A DNA stretch of 64,000 nt from Trichosphaerium sp. ATCC 40318 (taxonomy: Eukaryota; Protista; Tubulinea). The DNA is taken from positions 154,393 to 218,392 of the forward strand of contig JALMLS010000231.1 in assembly GCA_038496445.1 (NCBI GenBank), given 5' to 3'. The notes below the pieces were generated by a model. That model worked only from the letters and a program-made list of their open reading frames with translations. It searched no databases and had not been told where the DNA came from. The first letter of the stretch is position 1, and the number at the start of each line of letters is the position of its first letter. A program made the position numbers and the translations under genes. Shown here one piece after another: positions 13,790-27,036 of the stretch.

Positions 13790-14365
13790 ATGTCAGGACC
13801 TATTACGCTCATTCAGCTACCCGCAGAGCTCCAAGATTATATGACAAATTTGAGCCAAGACGCATGCAGATGTTGGCCCGCTTTATCAAAAAAAGCAGCT
13901 CTTCTAACGCGCTTCGATAACAATTTAAACCAAAAAGGCAAATGGGTAAAATGGCAAAACAACTCAAAGCTTCACGAGCAATACATGAGTAATAACCAAC
14001 TCAATGGCCAAACGAGAAGATATTATAAAAGTAACAACGTTCGTGGTCCTTCTCTTTACTTTGAATGCTATTACAAGGACGGTAAACGCGAAGGCGAGTA
14101 TACAAAATACTATGGAAGTGGTAAAGTACACGTTCACTGTTTCTACAAAAACAACAAAAGAGACGGCGCTTGTGAGATGTTTGACTTTAATGGAGCTTGC
14201 ACACAAAACTGTAATTACTCAGAAGGAAGACTACACGGAGAATGCAAAAGATGGCATTCAAACGGCGTATTACGTCAACATTGTTTTTATGAGGATGGTA
14301 ATATGAAAGGAGACTGTAAAACATGGAACGAAGAAGGGACACTATTGACACATTGCATGTACTAA
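13790..14365 (+). CDS. F-box-like + MORN-variant repeat protein, intronless
   Basis: LIQLPAELQDYM...WPALSK followed by Y(K/N)xGKxxGxxxxYYxxG repeats. Confidence 0.85.
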   Translation: MSGPITLIQLPAELQDYMTNLSQDACRCWPALSKKAALLTRFDNNLNQKGKWVKWQNNSKLHEQYMSNNQLNGQTRRYYKSNNVRGPSLYFECYYKDGKREGEYTKYYGSGKVHVHCFYKNNKRDGACEMFDFNGACTQNCNYSEGRLHGECKRWHSNGVLRQHCFYEDGNMKGDCKTWNEEGTLLTHCMY

Positions 14366-15870
14366 TCTGACACTTGTTTTTTGATCATTACACGTCATCG
14401 TATCAGAATGCGAACGGGAACACGTCTCACTTCCAAAAGAAATTTTTTTTATCAATAAAGTTTGTAGTTTAGTATCTCTTTCTTACGGTTTGTTTCAACT
14501 GATATAGCTTGCTAACGTTATATAAGGGGATCGTTTATTTTTCTGAGTAGTTTTAGTAGTATTGACGCGTTGTGACAGCGTAAACCATCGCAACAATCAA
14601 GACTTTTAATGATAAAACTTTTTGCTCAGAAAATCATTTTTTGGGCAGTTACTTCTTTGCGTATACTTCGGGTTTGAGCTCTCCTACGTAAGGAAGTGTA
14701 CGCAATTGCTCTGCATAATCGAGACTATAAGACAAAGTGTTAGAAGGCGAGGGAAATGTACAAAAAAATAAATTGTTTAAAAAAGAGGAGAAATCGTCAA
14801 AACAACGCCGTACCCGTATCCAACCAAGAAAGCATCAGCTGGGATTTCAAAACCAACGTATTTTACTTCAACAGCAACCTTTGGGCTTGGTTTGCGGGAG
14901 AGTACGCATACCTACAATCGATTTTTAGGAAAAAAAATCCAATAACAAAAAAACTACGACTGATCACACTGTACGAACCTCTAAACTTTTTGGGTTTCTA
15001 CCACCAAGTAATTCAAGCAAATACTTAAGTGTCAGACCTACAAATACCTTTTTAGTTTTCTGAAAAATACAAAACGTTTACGTAGTTGTTGCTGGATTTA
15101 AAACTAAGGCTAGAAACGCGTACCGGAATCAATAACGTCTTCAACAATCAACACGTGTTTGTTTTCAATGTTTGTTCTCAAATCCATTACAATTTTAACA
15201 ATACCCTACGTAACCCTGTCAGCTTTTGCTGGAAGCGACAAACTCCTTTTTTGGCCCGTTTGGAATAATTTTTATGTACCGAGGTTTTTGTTCCCTTGCC
15301 GTAGCTGGAAATGGACATAAAGTCTACGCTGTGAGGAATCTATGCTTGGTTAGTTTAAACTACAGCGATAAAAATGCGTACAGTTAGCTCTCGCGTTAGA
15401 TCCGCGCAAAAAATGAAAGCTCCCTTCAATATTGCTACTACTACAAGTGGTTCTCCATCAGTGTAGTCAGCATTAATGCGAGTGGCCAAGGATTTTACTT
15501 TTGCCTTAATTTCCTCCTCTAGCATTATTTCAGCTTAATAATGTGCTAAAACTTACCTGATAGCACTACTTTATCGATCCATTTGTGAATAACTCTTTTG
15601 TTTGATGTTTCTAGAAAATGTTACAATTGTGCGGACGTAGTCATAATACCTGTCATTTTTTGGTAGTCGCTGTTTACGTAGTGAGTCAAACACAAAAGAT
15701 TGGCGAGAAGTACTCTGACTTTTTCTAAACGTTCGAAAACGCTTGAAGCTACATCTCCTTGGTGCAGCAGACGCCCAGCAAAGGCACAAGAGAACGTTAG
15801 CTCTGCGGACGTTGAAAAGGCCGTAAAGCTCCAACTCATCACCCCTGGATGGGGTAGTAATAACAGTTGA

Positions 15871-18800
15871 ATGGTAAGCAGATTTGGATTTACGAAAAAT
15901 AATTACCGTTTATGAATTATCCTTACGATATATAGGGCGTGAAAGAGAGTAAAGAGAGTAAAGTCGACGCTAGTAACACAAAGAAACAAAATACTGCTTC
16001 TCCTTTAAAGAGAGTACTCAGCCCTCGCTCTCCACGCGTTGTACGATCTTATGGATCATATGTTTTAACTAACAAGGCACAGGAAGAAATTCAAGAACCG
16101 GAATCAAAGATACTAGACGCTTTACCCAAAGTACGCACAATGTAGTTGTTCTTGAGTCTAAATAATCATTCAAGGCTTTGCCTATTTATTACAACAAGAA
16201 AGTAGCAAAAGTACTTTGGTTGAATCGTCCAGATGTGGCTAAGATTAGAAAAACACAACAAAGTACGTACAAACAAAGCGAAATAAACGGAAAGAAAAAA
16301 CAAAAAAAAAAACCTTGTTTTCCCAAAGAGTTGATTTTCGTTTAAAACAAACGGAGCGAGTACAATGCGCTTGCATTGTTTTAAATAATGCGATATCAAT
16401 TCGCCTCTTCGCGTCACGATTGCGTGAGCTTTTTCTTTTTTGTTCCCTTTTTCTTCGATCTGCTTTCTACTACATTCACTAAATACTGCATTGTGTACTA
16501 CTTCATTTGATGGTATTTTGGAACCAAACGCCAAACACCAAAACGGAATTAAAACAAAACATCAAAATTGATCGTTTTCCTGTTGGTTATACTAATACTG
16601 AATAAGGTGTGGGTGAGTGTGATCCTGAAGCTCAACTTAAATTATTACGTCAACTTAAAGAAACAGTAAATGAGAGCAGCTTGCGTATAGATGCGAAGCA
16701 GGTAAGCTAAAAGACAAAGAAAAAATATGGAGAAAAAGATCTTTCTGATTCTTTGGTTTCTTGTTTTGTTCGTTTTTATTCATTTATTTCTTGTTTAGTC
16801 CAACATCAATGCAAAGATGACTACAGTAAGACCTACATTCTTGCGTGTATTTAGGTCATTGGGTCATTGGGGTTCGGAGATTGGAAAGTTTGAAGTTGAA
16901 ATGCTTCAAGGTATTTTTTTCTGTTTCTGTTCCAAAAAAAACCTCACCATCCAAACGTCGATGAACCTATGAATTGTAATTTTTTAGTGTTCATTTCACG
17001 TAACACTAGATTCATTGGGTTTATTTTATGGTCAAAAAACAATCTTTTTTTTTTTAATTTGATTTTTGTTTTGTTTTTCCTCTCTTCTTGCGTTTCTTTA
17101 ACTAGATAATTTAGTGCATGATATTGCTGAACAGATAAACAAGACTCGTCGTACTATGGCTGATATTGTTTTCTTTACAGAGAGACTATTATCCCAACTT
17201 CCAAGTGATTGCTTGGATGGTTTGGACTTTCCATTTCAAACAGGAGTTAATTCAAAGGTAGTGCTTAAATATTTCTTTATCCTCTTTGTTTATTCTCTAT
17301 GGTTGCTCACGTGATTTTTTAAGAGTATTATATTGAATTCAGAGTTACAACTCCTTGAACAAGAACGCGCTCAATTACGTGCAAAGACAAACCAGCTTGA
17401 GTCTTATAAGACAGTTGTACAAGAACTACAAGCTAAAATGCAAGATCTTACAGCTAAAGTTGCTAATACACGCACTGTGCGACGTAGAAAAAAGGTACTT
17501 AATTTGACATTTAATTAAATGACTTTCCGTAACGTCAACCTCCTTTCAATGTGATCATAGTTGCGTGGATATTAACTGTAATTTTTTCGTTAGGGAAGTG
17601 GTAATGAAGCAGCAGAAGAAGAATATGAAGAGGAAGAAGAAATTTATGAGCAAACGGATGAACAAAAAGAAAATGCAGAGGAAGCTAAAGCACTATTATG
17701 GAAGCCAGCTACACATTATATGCTACCTGATCCTTCAAAAGTTGTTGGTAAAGTACGTAACCACGCACCTAAAAAACTTCGTTTTGTTTGCCGATTACAG
17801 CCCACGTGTTAATTTTTTTTCGTTCGTTTTTTTAATACCTTAAATAGGGTGGTGCTTCTGGTGGTGCTATTGCTGAATTAAAAAAGAGGCAAGGTGCCGA
17901 TTTCTTTAAAGATCGTATTGAAGAAATGGATGAGCTTCTCCCTGTTTTTGAAAAGCTTTTAGCTGAAGCAGACAGTGCGTTTTAATATATTGTGACTAAC
18001 AGTTCTTATTATTAACAATACTTATAGAATTAAAGAAGCCTGATGTTCCTGTGTTCGACTTGAATAGGAGAGATCTTTCTCCAGGTGGTATAGGACCTGC
18101 AGGAGGACCACCACCACCACCACCACCTCCTCCAGGTATGGGCGGCCCTCCACCGCCTCCACCACCTCCAGGCATGGGTGGACCGCCTGGCCCTCCACCG
18201 CCTCCACCCCCACCCCCAGGTATGGGTGGGCCTCCACCGCTTCCACCACCTCCACCATTACCGGGTGGTGCTCCACCACCACCACCATTACCTGGTGGTG
18301 CTCCACCTCCTCCGCCACCTCCAGGCATGGCCGGTGTTGTTGGTGTACATTCATCTGGACCACACTCACCACCTGCTTTACGAGTTCGTGTATTGCCAGA
18401 AACTGTTAAAAAGAAGTTATCCAAAGAGGCGAAGCATGGATTAGCAGCAGCAGAACTAATGACTAAAGTCATTGCTACTGCTAAACTCGTTTCTGATATA
18501 ACGTTTCATCCTACAAATAAACCTCCACGGAAGCTTCAAGTTCATGAACTAGCTGAATGTGCGAGGCTATTCAAGGAGAGAGCACCAGTTCGTTTAAAAG
18601 AATTGAAGGCTGAGTTTGCTGAAGCTGACAAGAAGAAGAAATCAACACCAGCGCTCTTCACAAGGAAGAAAAAAGCTAATCCTTACATGGCACATATCAA
18701 GACGTATGAACGTTCAAAGGAGCTTGCAGATCGTCTTCATAGGCGTCTAAAGCGTAGTCATAAAGATCATAGCTTGGCTCAGGTTTTACATAACAGAGAG

Positions 18801-21800
18801 CTTAGTAAAGTTCAACTTGACATTGGCGATTTAGCTGCTATGGAAAAACATACTGAAGCTATTCAAACAAGTAAAGAAGAGCTTGATCGTAAGACACAGG
18901 CTATTGTTGATTATGAAAAGAAGATTAGAAAGACAGAGGAGAAGCTAAAAAAGAGTTATGAGGCATTAGTTAAATACTCTGGTATGCCTGAAGCAAGCTT
19001 CTCTCATATGAAAAAACGTGTTCTTGAGCTTGTTGAGATCGATAGAATAGCTGCTGAGAAGGCAGATGAGGAAAAGAAGAAGCAGATTGCTATAGATATA
19101 AAGGAGGGTAGACGTACTCCTGATGGTAAACTGATTCGTAAACATCATCGTATTGACGATGAAGATGGAAACCGTCTTGGTTCTAAATCAAGTTTATTCG
19201 GTTTCAAACAACGTAAAAGACGTAGTAATACTACCAATGATAGACCTAAGGAAGGCATGTTTGGTATTGATCTACGTAAAGTACTACGTCCTCGAAGAAA
19301 GGTACAAACCAGCTTTTTTTTCTCTTTTCTCTGAATCTATTTTTTTTTCCGTGTTGTTTGTTCGCTTTACTTACTTTTATCCCTTTTTAGACACCTCAAC
19401 AGAACGCTCTTAATAAAATCGGCGGTATTGTCAACTTTGCGAGAGGTAGAAAGAAGTCTCCAATTGATTTTGGTGCCTCCAAAATTCACCAAGCTGTTTT
19501 TGCTGCCAAGTCCGCAAGGATGACAGATGAAGAACGTGCAATTGCTGAAGAAGAGCGTAAGATTGCTGAACTTGAATCACGTTTATCCGCACGTGCTTCT
19601 GGTAAGCTTGGGGAGGATAGTGAACTACTTGATGAAGAGAGAGAAATAGCAGAAATGGAAGCCAAACTCAAAGCAATGATGGGTGGTGAGGATCCTGAAC
19701 TCGCTGCTGAAGAAGCTGAGATTGCTCGTATGGAAAAACAGCTTGCTCTCGAAGGTGGTACTATGACCGAAGAAGAGAAAGAAATTGCAAAAATGGAAGC
19801 TGAGATTGCAGCTGAAGAAGCTTTATTAGCAGAAGAGCTCGCTATTGCCAAGATGGAAGCTGAACTTAAAGAAGCACTATTGAAGGCTGAAGAAGAAGAA
19901 GTTGCCAAGATGGAGGCCGAACTTAAGCGCCAGATGCTCATTAGCGCTGGTGTTGATGTAGTTTCACTTGAAGAGGAAGAGAGACAAATAGCTGAACAAG
20001 AACGTATGATGGCATTAATGTCAGGTGCAACTATTGGTGACGATAGTGATGACGATGATGACGAAGATGAGCTTGAGATAGCAAGACTTGAAGCTGCTCT
20101 TATGGCTAGCGAAAATAGCTTATCATTAGATGACTTAGATGAAGCTGAAGCCTTACGTCTGCTCCAAGAACAAAGGTATTTTCTTTCTTCTTTTTTTCTT
20201 TTTCTTTCGAAGCTTGAGTTTTGGTTGTTAACTCCTTTTGTTAGTCGTCGTACACAGTCTGCTTTATTAGATGAAGTAGATGTAAATGATCCAGCGTATC
20301 TTGCTCTTAAAGAGGATGAGCGTAAACTTCAAGAAGAAGAGCGCATGTTTGAATTAATGCAAAGAAGACTTAACGGTGAAGACATTGATGATGAAGATGA
20401 TGATGAACTTGATGAAGATGAACGTGAAATCGCTGAAATGGAAGCTGCATTGGCTAAACTCGATAGCGGTGCTTTAGATGGTGCATCTTCAATAGAACAA
20501 GAGAAGCTAGAAATAGCGCGTATGGAAGAACAATTACGCCTTCTCTCTGCAGGTGATGATATCACAAAGGATCCTGAGGTTCTTGCTCTTGAGAAAGAAG
20601 AACGTGAGATTGCTTTAATGGAAGAACAACTTCGTATTGCATCTACAGGTGGATCCCTTAGTATTGGAGAGAAAACCGCAGAAATACTTGCACTTGAAGC
20701 TGAAGAAGCTGAGATTGCTCGTATGGAAAAACAACTTCTTCTTGCTTCTGCTGGAGAGAAAGATGCTGAGATACTTGCACTTGAAGCTGAAGAGGCTGAG
20801 ATCGCTCTTATGGAGAAACAGCTTCTTCTCGCTGCTGGTGGTAGTATTGAAAAAGATGCTGCTACTCTTGAACTTGAACGAGAAGAACAAGAGCTTGCAG
20901 AGATGGAAGCAGCTCTACTTCAGATGAATAGCAATGGATCACTTCCAATCATAGATAATGAAGAACGTGAACTTGCTGAAATGGAAGCCACCTTAGCTCG
21001 AATGTCTGGCGGTCCAGTACTACTACCTGAAGACTTGGCTCTTGCAGATGTACGTGAACTTCTTCTATTTTTAGGTTCTTCCTTGTTGAAAGCTTGGATT
21101 GACTTGAGTCTTTTAGGAAGAGCGAGAGATAGCTCGTATGGAAGCAGAGTTAAGACAAATGAGCGCTGATCAAGGTGTTCAGAAGTCTCTTCAAGAGTTA
21201 GAACTTGAAGCTGAGGAAGCAGAGATTGCACGCATGGAAGAACAACTGCGGCTTGCTGCTACTACTGCTACTGAAGAACAAAGTGCAGCAGCACTTGCAC
21301 TTGAAGCTGAAGAAGCAGAGATAGCTCTTATGGAACAGCAGCTTCTTCAAGCTTCTGGAAGCGGTAGTGTTGGGGAGAAAACTGCTGAAATGCTCGCACT
21401 TGAAGCTGAAGAGGCGGAGATTGCTCTTATGGAGAAACAACTTCTTCTAGGTGGTAATGTTGAAAAAGATGCTGCTACTCTTGAACTTGAACGAGAAGAA
21501 CGAGAGATTGCAGAGATGGAAGCAGCTCTGCTACTCCAGATGGGCGGTGGTAGTGCTAATGAAGAGGAAAATGGTGATACTACAGACACAGAGGGCGGTG
21601 AGATCCGCCATGCTTCTAGCGGTAGTATGACGCCTGATGATGTTGAAGCTGCTCTTGATCTTGAGAGAGAAGAACGTGAGATTGCTGAAATGGAGGCTCA
21701 GTTGCTACAGTTCAAGGATAGTACTATCACAAAAGAAGACGTTGAAGGGCTTGACTATGCAGAAGCTCTTGCTCTTGAAGCTGAGGAAGCAGAGATCGCT

Positions 21801-22899
21801 CGCATGGAAGAACAACTTCTTCTTGCTTCTGGTGGTATAGCCGCTGAAGAAAAAGATGAACAGACACTTGCTCTTGAAGCTGAAGAAGCTGAGATTGCTC
21901 GTATGGAGCAAGAACTTCTTCTAGCTGCTGCTGGCGCTGGTGAAGAAAAAACTGCAGAAATGCTTGTGCTTGAAGCCGAAGAAGCCGAGATTGCTCGTAT
22001 GGAACAAGAACTTCTCAGTGCTTCTACAACGGAATCTCCTGAGCTCTCAGCGTTAGAAGCAGAAGAAGCTGAGCTTAAGGCTATGGAAGCTCAAATGCTT
22101 TTAATGTCAAATGCTGGTACCAAAGATCCCTCAGACGTTACTTCTGAAACATACACGGAAGAAACTGATGGTATGTCAAAAAACCTTTAGTCAACATTGT
22201 TCTCTTCGTTTTTTTAGTACTAACTCCTCTTGTCTAGTTCATAAGCTACTGAAAGAACAAAGCGAATTGAATAAAGAAGAAAGTGATATTGCCGACATGG
22301 AGGCTCAATTGCTCGCCATGCAATCCGGTAATGTTAAGAAAGACGAAAACATTGTTACCATTCCTCAAGAAGGTAATGAACAAAGTGACGTCTCATTTGA
22401 TCATCTTGATGATCATGAAGATTCTTTACAGTCTGTAGATAGTCTTGACATACTATCTAAAGAAGAGGATATGCTTCAGATAGAACATGAGGCTGCCTTA
22501 GCTTCTGAAGAAGCTGAGATTGCAAGAATGGAAGCAATGTTAGCTAAAATGTCCGGATCATCCGACCTCCCAGTAACGTCTCCGTCTCCTGTGGTTGACT
22601 CACAGGACAATTTTATGGATGGTGACATAATAAATGAGGCATCTGATAATGATGCTTCTAAACTACATCACTCAGTACCTGAGGAAGCTTCTTTGGATCA
22701 AAAAGAAGATGATAGTGATGAAGAAAAAAATCCAGTTTTGGTTTTAGACAGATCGTCAGAAATGGACGCTGTTTTGAGCCATGCGATGTTAGGAGATTCT
22801 TCTGGTGTTAAGCGTCTGTTAAAAGATGATATACCAATTGAATCACGTGAAAGCGACACTGAGTTGTCGTCCCAAACGTCGACAAGTAATGAAGAGTGA
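15871..22899 (+). CDS. Large putatively myristoylated coiled-coil / polyproline / acidic tandem-repeat protein, multi-exon
   Basis: ATG at 15871 ends an exon and splices to GGC GTG at 15936 (MGVKESKESK); coiled-coil exons; FH1-like polyproline 18100-18325; about 28 EEAEIARME-type repeats; stop 22899. Confidence 0.75.
19520..22550 (+). repeat. Coding array of about 28 degenerate EE(A/R)EIAxMExxL units
   Basis: Visible in ORFs 19520..21169, 21138..22190 and 22111..22899; the nucleotide motif gcacttgaagctgaagaagc recurs. Confidence 0.9.
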
Positions 22900-23708
22900 G
22901 AGAAAAGGTAATTTTTTGTTTTCACTTTTTTTTTTCTTTCTTACGGCACAAAACAATCAAATAGTGTTTGATTTTGATCGTGTAATCTCTTTACAGTGTT
23001 TTTGCATACTTTTCAAAAATGTCTGTTTGTCAACAAGTCTAGAAATACTTGTTCTTTTTCGGTTTTCCTAATATATTCTTATTTTTCACAAATTCTTTTT
23101 ATCTTCGTTACCTCCCTTATGTACTCTCTAACTCTTTTTTCTCAGGTTCTTATTAAAACCTTGATATCAAATACTTCTTGTAATTAGTATAAGTGAAAAA
23201 AAAAATGTTGTAAATGATTAGAATCGTGAAATGTAATCTGTAAAAATAAATTTGTTTATTTCTTATTATCAAAAAAACCCTCCATTGGACAAGTCGTTTT
23301 AATAGTGTAGTATGACGATATTCAGTCAACGGGTTCTGTGAGTCCTGTAACGCCTTACGTATATATATACTAGTAGAGCTAACTCACACGTACCACTCCT
23401 CTTGTTATATCCTCTCCGTTACAAATAACTTAGTTTTACACTGGAGAGAACTAAATCTGATAGTCACGTGATGTAAATCGTTTAATGGCGTTTCATTTTT
23501 ACGAGATTTCAGATGATCTATCATAGACGCTACAAAAGACAGACGCAGTATGGCAGAGGTACTGGGTTTAGCTCGGTTTACATTTCACAGAAGCCGGAAT
23601 ATTCCCGACTAAAAGAGAAGAACCGTTCGGATTACCTTCCTTTTTTAGAAACTGTTCCGTCTTGCTGACTTGGCAAACACTTGATCATTATCTCAAACTA
23701 TACCTCCA

Positions 23709-24626
23709 ATGGCTACTATTCATTACCTGTTTCTATCCGCTCCATGTCGTATTGCTCACATTGGTGCTCTTGCTACTGGGACTGATGTAACTCTCAAGGT
23801 ACTCAGCGTCAAACAGTACCAACTTAGTTGCTAATACAGCATCCGTTAGCCTGTAGATTTGCTCAACGGTGAGCATAAACAAGATGCCTATTTAAAAATA
23901 AACCCAAAGCACCAAGTACCATCTGTGACTGAAGGAGATGTTGTAGTACGCGACTCAAGTGCTATTCTCAGGTACATTCAAAAACAACATTTTTTTCTCC
24001 GCAAATCCATAAAACAAATTAACCGCTTACACCCAAATAGGTATTTTAGCATTCAAAATCCATCGCCTGTTTACCCAATAAACAACGCAGTAGCACTCGC
24101 TCCAGTACGTTTACAACTTCATATGAAATCGAGTTGAAACGTAATATCACGTTTTTTTTGGAAACGACACCTAACGATTTGTTTTTTCCGTAGATTGACT
24201 CAGCGTATGAATCTATTCGTAGTGATATCTTCAACACTTGCAATATGTTTGCTGTTGAGAATTGCTTTGTTTCAAAGGTGTACAAGCAAAGAGATACATG
24301 TCCTAAAAAGCTGAAAGAGATCACCGACAAACTGCAAGCTGAGGTATTTTCAACACTTTTTTTTTTGGTATTCCTTGTATTTGCTTACCTTTGAATAGCT
24401 AGCATTCTATGAGAAGAACTACTTCAAGAACTCACGTTTCTTGGTTGGGTACTCTGTGTCCATGGCTGATTATGCACTATGTGTTTCTCTCGCTCAAGCT
24501 ACTGGTACTGGATACAAGGACGCTCTTCCTAAAAAGATTGCTTCGTTGTTCAAAAAAGTTAAGAAAGATCCTGTGTACAAGGAAGCACACAAAGCTTTCT
24601 TCGAGTTCGCCACCACTATGGAATAA
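23709..24626 (+). CDS. Soluble glutathione S-transferase (theta/delta-like)
   Basis: LSAPCR...VDLLNGEHKQDAYLKINPKHQVPSV...DSSAILRY; C-terminal VGYSVSMADY. Confidence 0.9.
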
Positions 24627-25000
24627 TCAAGCATCATAACTATGTACCTTGTTAATAAATCCACATCAAGAGCAGCAAGTTAGCTTCAAGTCTTCACTTT
24701 TCTTCTTGTCAATGCAAATGAAATTGTACTTGAACTCAATACTTGACACTTAATCGATAGTAAAATAATACGTGACTAGCATTCCACACTTGTTAGTTCT
24801 CAGTTGTTTTTAGTTTTGTATTTCTCGGTATTAACAGACAAATTAAAACCAAAGACTTCAAATCACTGCAGAGCATACTCATTTTTAATCACATGCAGCC
24901 ATAATCTTACCACTGTGGCACACTATTTTCTACTAAGGACGATAGTGCACGCTCTTAAAAGGCGCGTGCCATTTGCTAAAAAGTAAATAACCAACTTGGC

Positions 25001-25376
25001 ATGCAACAAAAACAACTCATTATTCTGCTCTGCTTGTATCTGTTGTGCATAGGTTCGACAGTAATCGTGTACTCGTGACAACTTTACTAAGAAATATACA
25101 ATAGATGTATCAACATCAACAGAATCTTCATCTGAACAAGAAACTGCAGCTAGAGATCTCCCTGTTACATTAGCTCCAACAAGAAATATTCCAGTCCCAC
25201 CAACCCCTCCTGTAGTTCGTATCAAAGTACCATGTCATAATAGTCATCAATGTTACCTCCTTGCTCAACAACATTTATGTATTTTTGGTGCTTTTTGTAA
25301 CAATGATGGGTTTTGCAGTACAGCTTGCTATGGTGATCCTATGTGTAAAAGTGACCCGTATTGTCCAGGCTATTAA
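25001..25376 (+). CDS. Small secreted Pro- and Cys-rich protein, 2 exons
   Basis: Signal peptide MQQKQLIILLCLYLLCI, phase-1 intron, then ...VPCHNSHQCYLLAQQHLCIFGAFCNNDGFCSTACYGDPMCKSDPYCPGY-stop. Confidence 0.7.
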
Positions 25377-25639
25377 CAACAAATAAATCTCTTTGTATTG
25401 TCATTGTATTCTCAGATTCACAATTTTGTTAGAGTAACAATTCACGTGGTTGCCACTACTATCACGTAGAGCCCACTTCATGATCTTGCTGCCGATTCAG
25501 GTTTTATAGTGTTTTTACGTCGTTCCTTGGTGTATGTTGTTTATTAGGTATGTTCTTCTGTGGTACACCAAAGGTATTTGCAAAAAAAATGACTATCATC
25601 AGATGTTGTTAAATTATTTGAAGATACACTCATTGTGAT

Positions 25640-25729
25640 TCAAAAATACAACACCCGATGCGCTTTCAATGCTTTGATACCTTCGTCAGTTACTAGAGTG
25701 TATCTAAGGTCAATAGTATGAACTCCAGC
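25640..25729 (-). pseudogene. Orphan single LRR unit of the local F-box-LRR family
   Basis: Reads AGVHTIDLRYTLVTDEGIKALKAHRVLYF-stop; in-frame stop 6 codons upstream; nucleotide sequence closely resembles units at 53640-54010. Confidence 0.8.
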
Positions 25730-25920
25730 CGTTAAGTTATGTTTTTAAGCAAACATATTTTGAGATCAGCGTCAACCAACGTTCTACAATTGGCGTACCA
25801 ACTAAGTTGGAAAGTGTCAGATTACACGTTATTTAACATCTAAGGAAACTCAGGTTGGCGATGGTGGTTCTTTATTCAGTGTAACATAAACAACATTACG
25901 ATGTGGCATGATAGGTCAAC

Positions 25921-26832
25921 TTACATAAATGAATTGGCAATCATAAAAGCAAGTGCTACTGGAAATGGAGCAGCATAAAGGTAGTTCATTGGTAGATCCT
26001 TCATGAGGCCTGTAGCCATAGTATACTTCAGTGCACCAAGGTAATACAGGTAGAAAGGTAGAAAAGTCGTTGGCACGTGATAGCAGAAAATACGTAATCC
26101 TACCAAAAGACCTCTCTTTGATGCATTCAAATATGAGTACACATATCCTATTAAAAAAAATTTGATATTAATCACGTGAATAGGTAAAAACTCGTCAAAA
26201 GTTTTAGTGCATTGATATTCTATATCAATTAAAGTAGGAGATAGTATTCTACCTCTTGCTGGAACAATTTTTTGATGTGGTTGTCGATGACGTTAAAAAA
26301 CGTTGAAGTTTTTTTTGGATTTGCTTTGGGAAATAAAAGGTCTAAACGGAGATTTGAGATGAAATGCCGTACCACAGCGACAAAGGAACATAAATAAGCT
26401 CGCATATTCCATGACGGTCTTGTCAACACCTACGGTCATGCAAACGATCGTACAAAGACCCCAATGTAACATTGCTATAGTACAAAGTTAAAATAACGTT
26501 GTTTTAGCGTGGGAAAAAGCGTTTTCCTTTGTGAAAAGTTTTTTGTGCTTTATATGGTGATAAAGCGTTTGCTTGCCTTCTCTGCTATTTTGCAAGCAAC
26601 TCTTAACGCGAACGAGAAAGTCTGACATTTCTTGGTTTCCTTTTCCTTCTTTTTCTATTATAGCATCTATCTCTGCGCGTGGGGAAACACCCTTGTAGTA
26701 CAATTAGCATTGCAGAATTAAAACCAAGCTTACTTTCATAATCTTTCTATTTCTCCCCAGATATTTGCTTAAAACGCCCCATGTTATCCAATGTAAGCCT
26801 TCTAGGCCAGCTAAACACAGTACAGGATTCAT
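25921..26832 (-). CDS. MAPEG-family membrane protein
   Basis: Spliced MNPVLCLAGLEGLHWITWGVL...SPRAE...LVRVKSCLQNSRE...LFMFLCR-GYVYSYL...GLRIFCY fits the MAPEG pattern (R-xxx-NxxE, R-xxY-xxY). Confidence 0.7.
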
Positions 26833-27036
26833 TGTCTTTCTTGGGCTTAGTGGTCCACTAATATGGAATGTTAAGTCGGATGAAGCTTAAGCTAAAATTG
26901 CAGTCAGGTGTCCAACAGTAGATCAAGGCAACTAGTGAAGCTCTCAAAGAATTCGTGGTACACGAACGACCACAGAAAGAGAACTTTTCTGAAAAAATAA
27001 TGTGTTTATTTTAAGAGTACAGAAATCACTTAATAT

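Noticed and set aside
17996-21911. Gly-rich and Ser-rich minus-strand ORFs
   Set aside because: Antisense shadows of the polyproline and Glu-rich repeats
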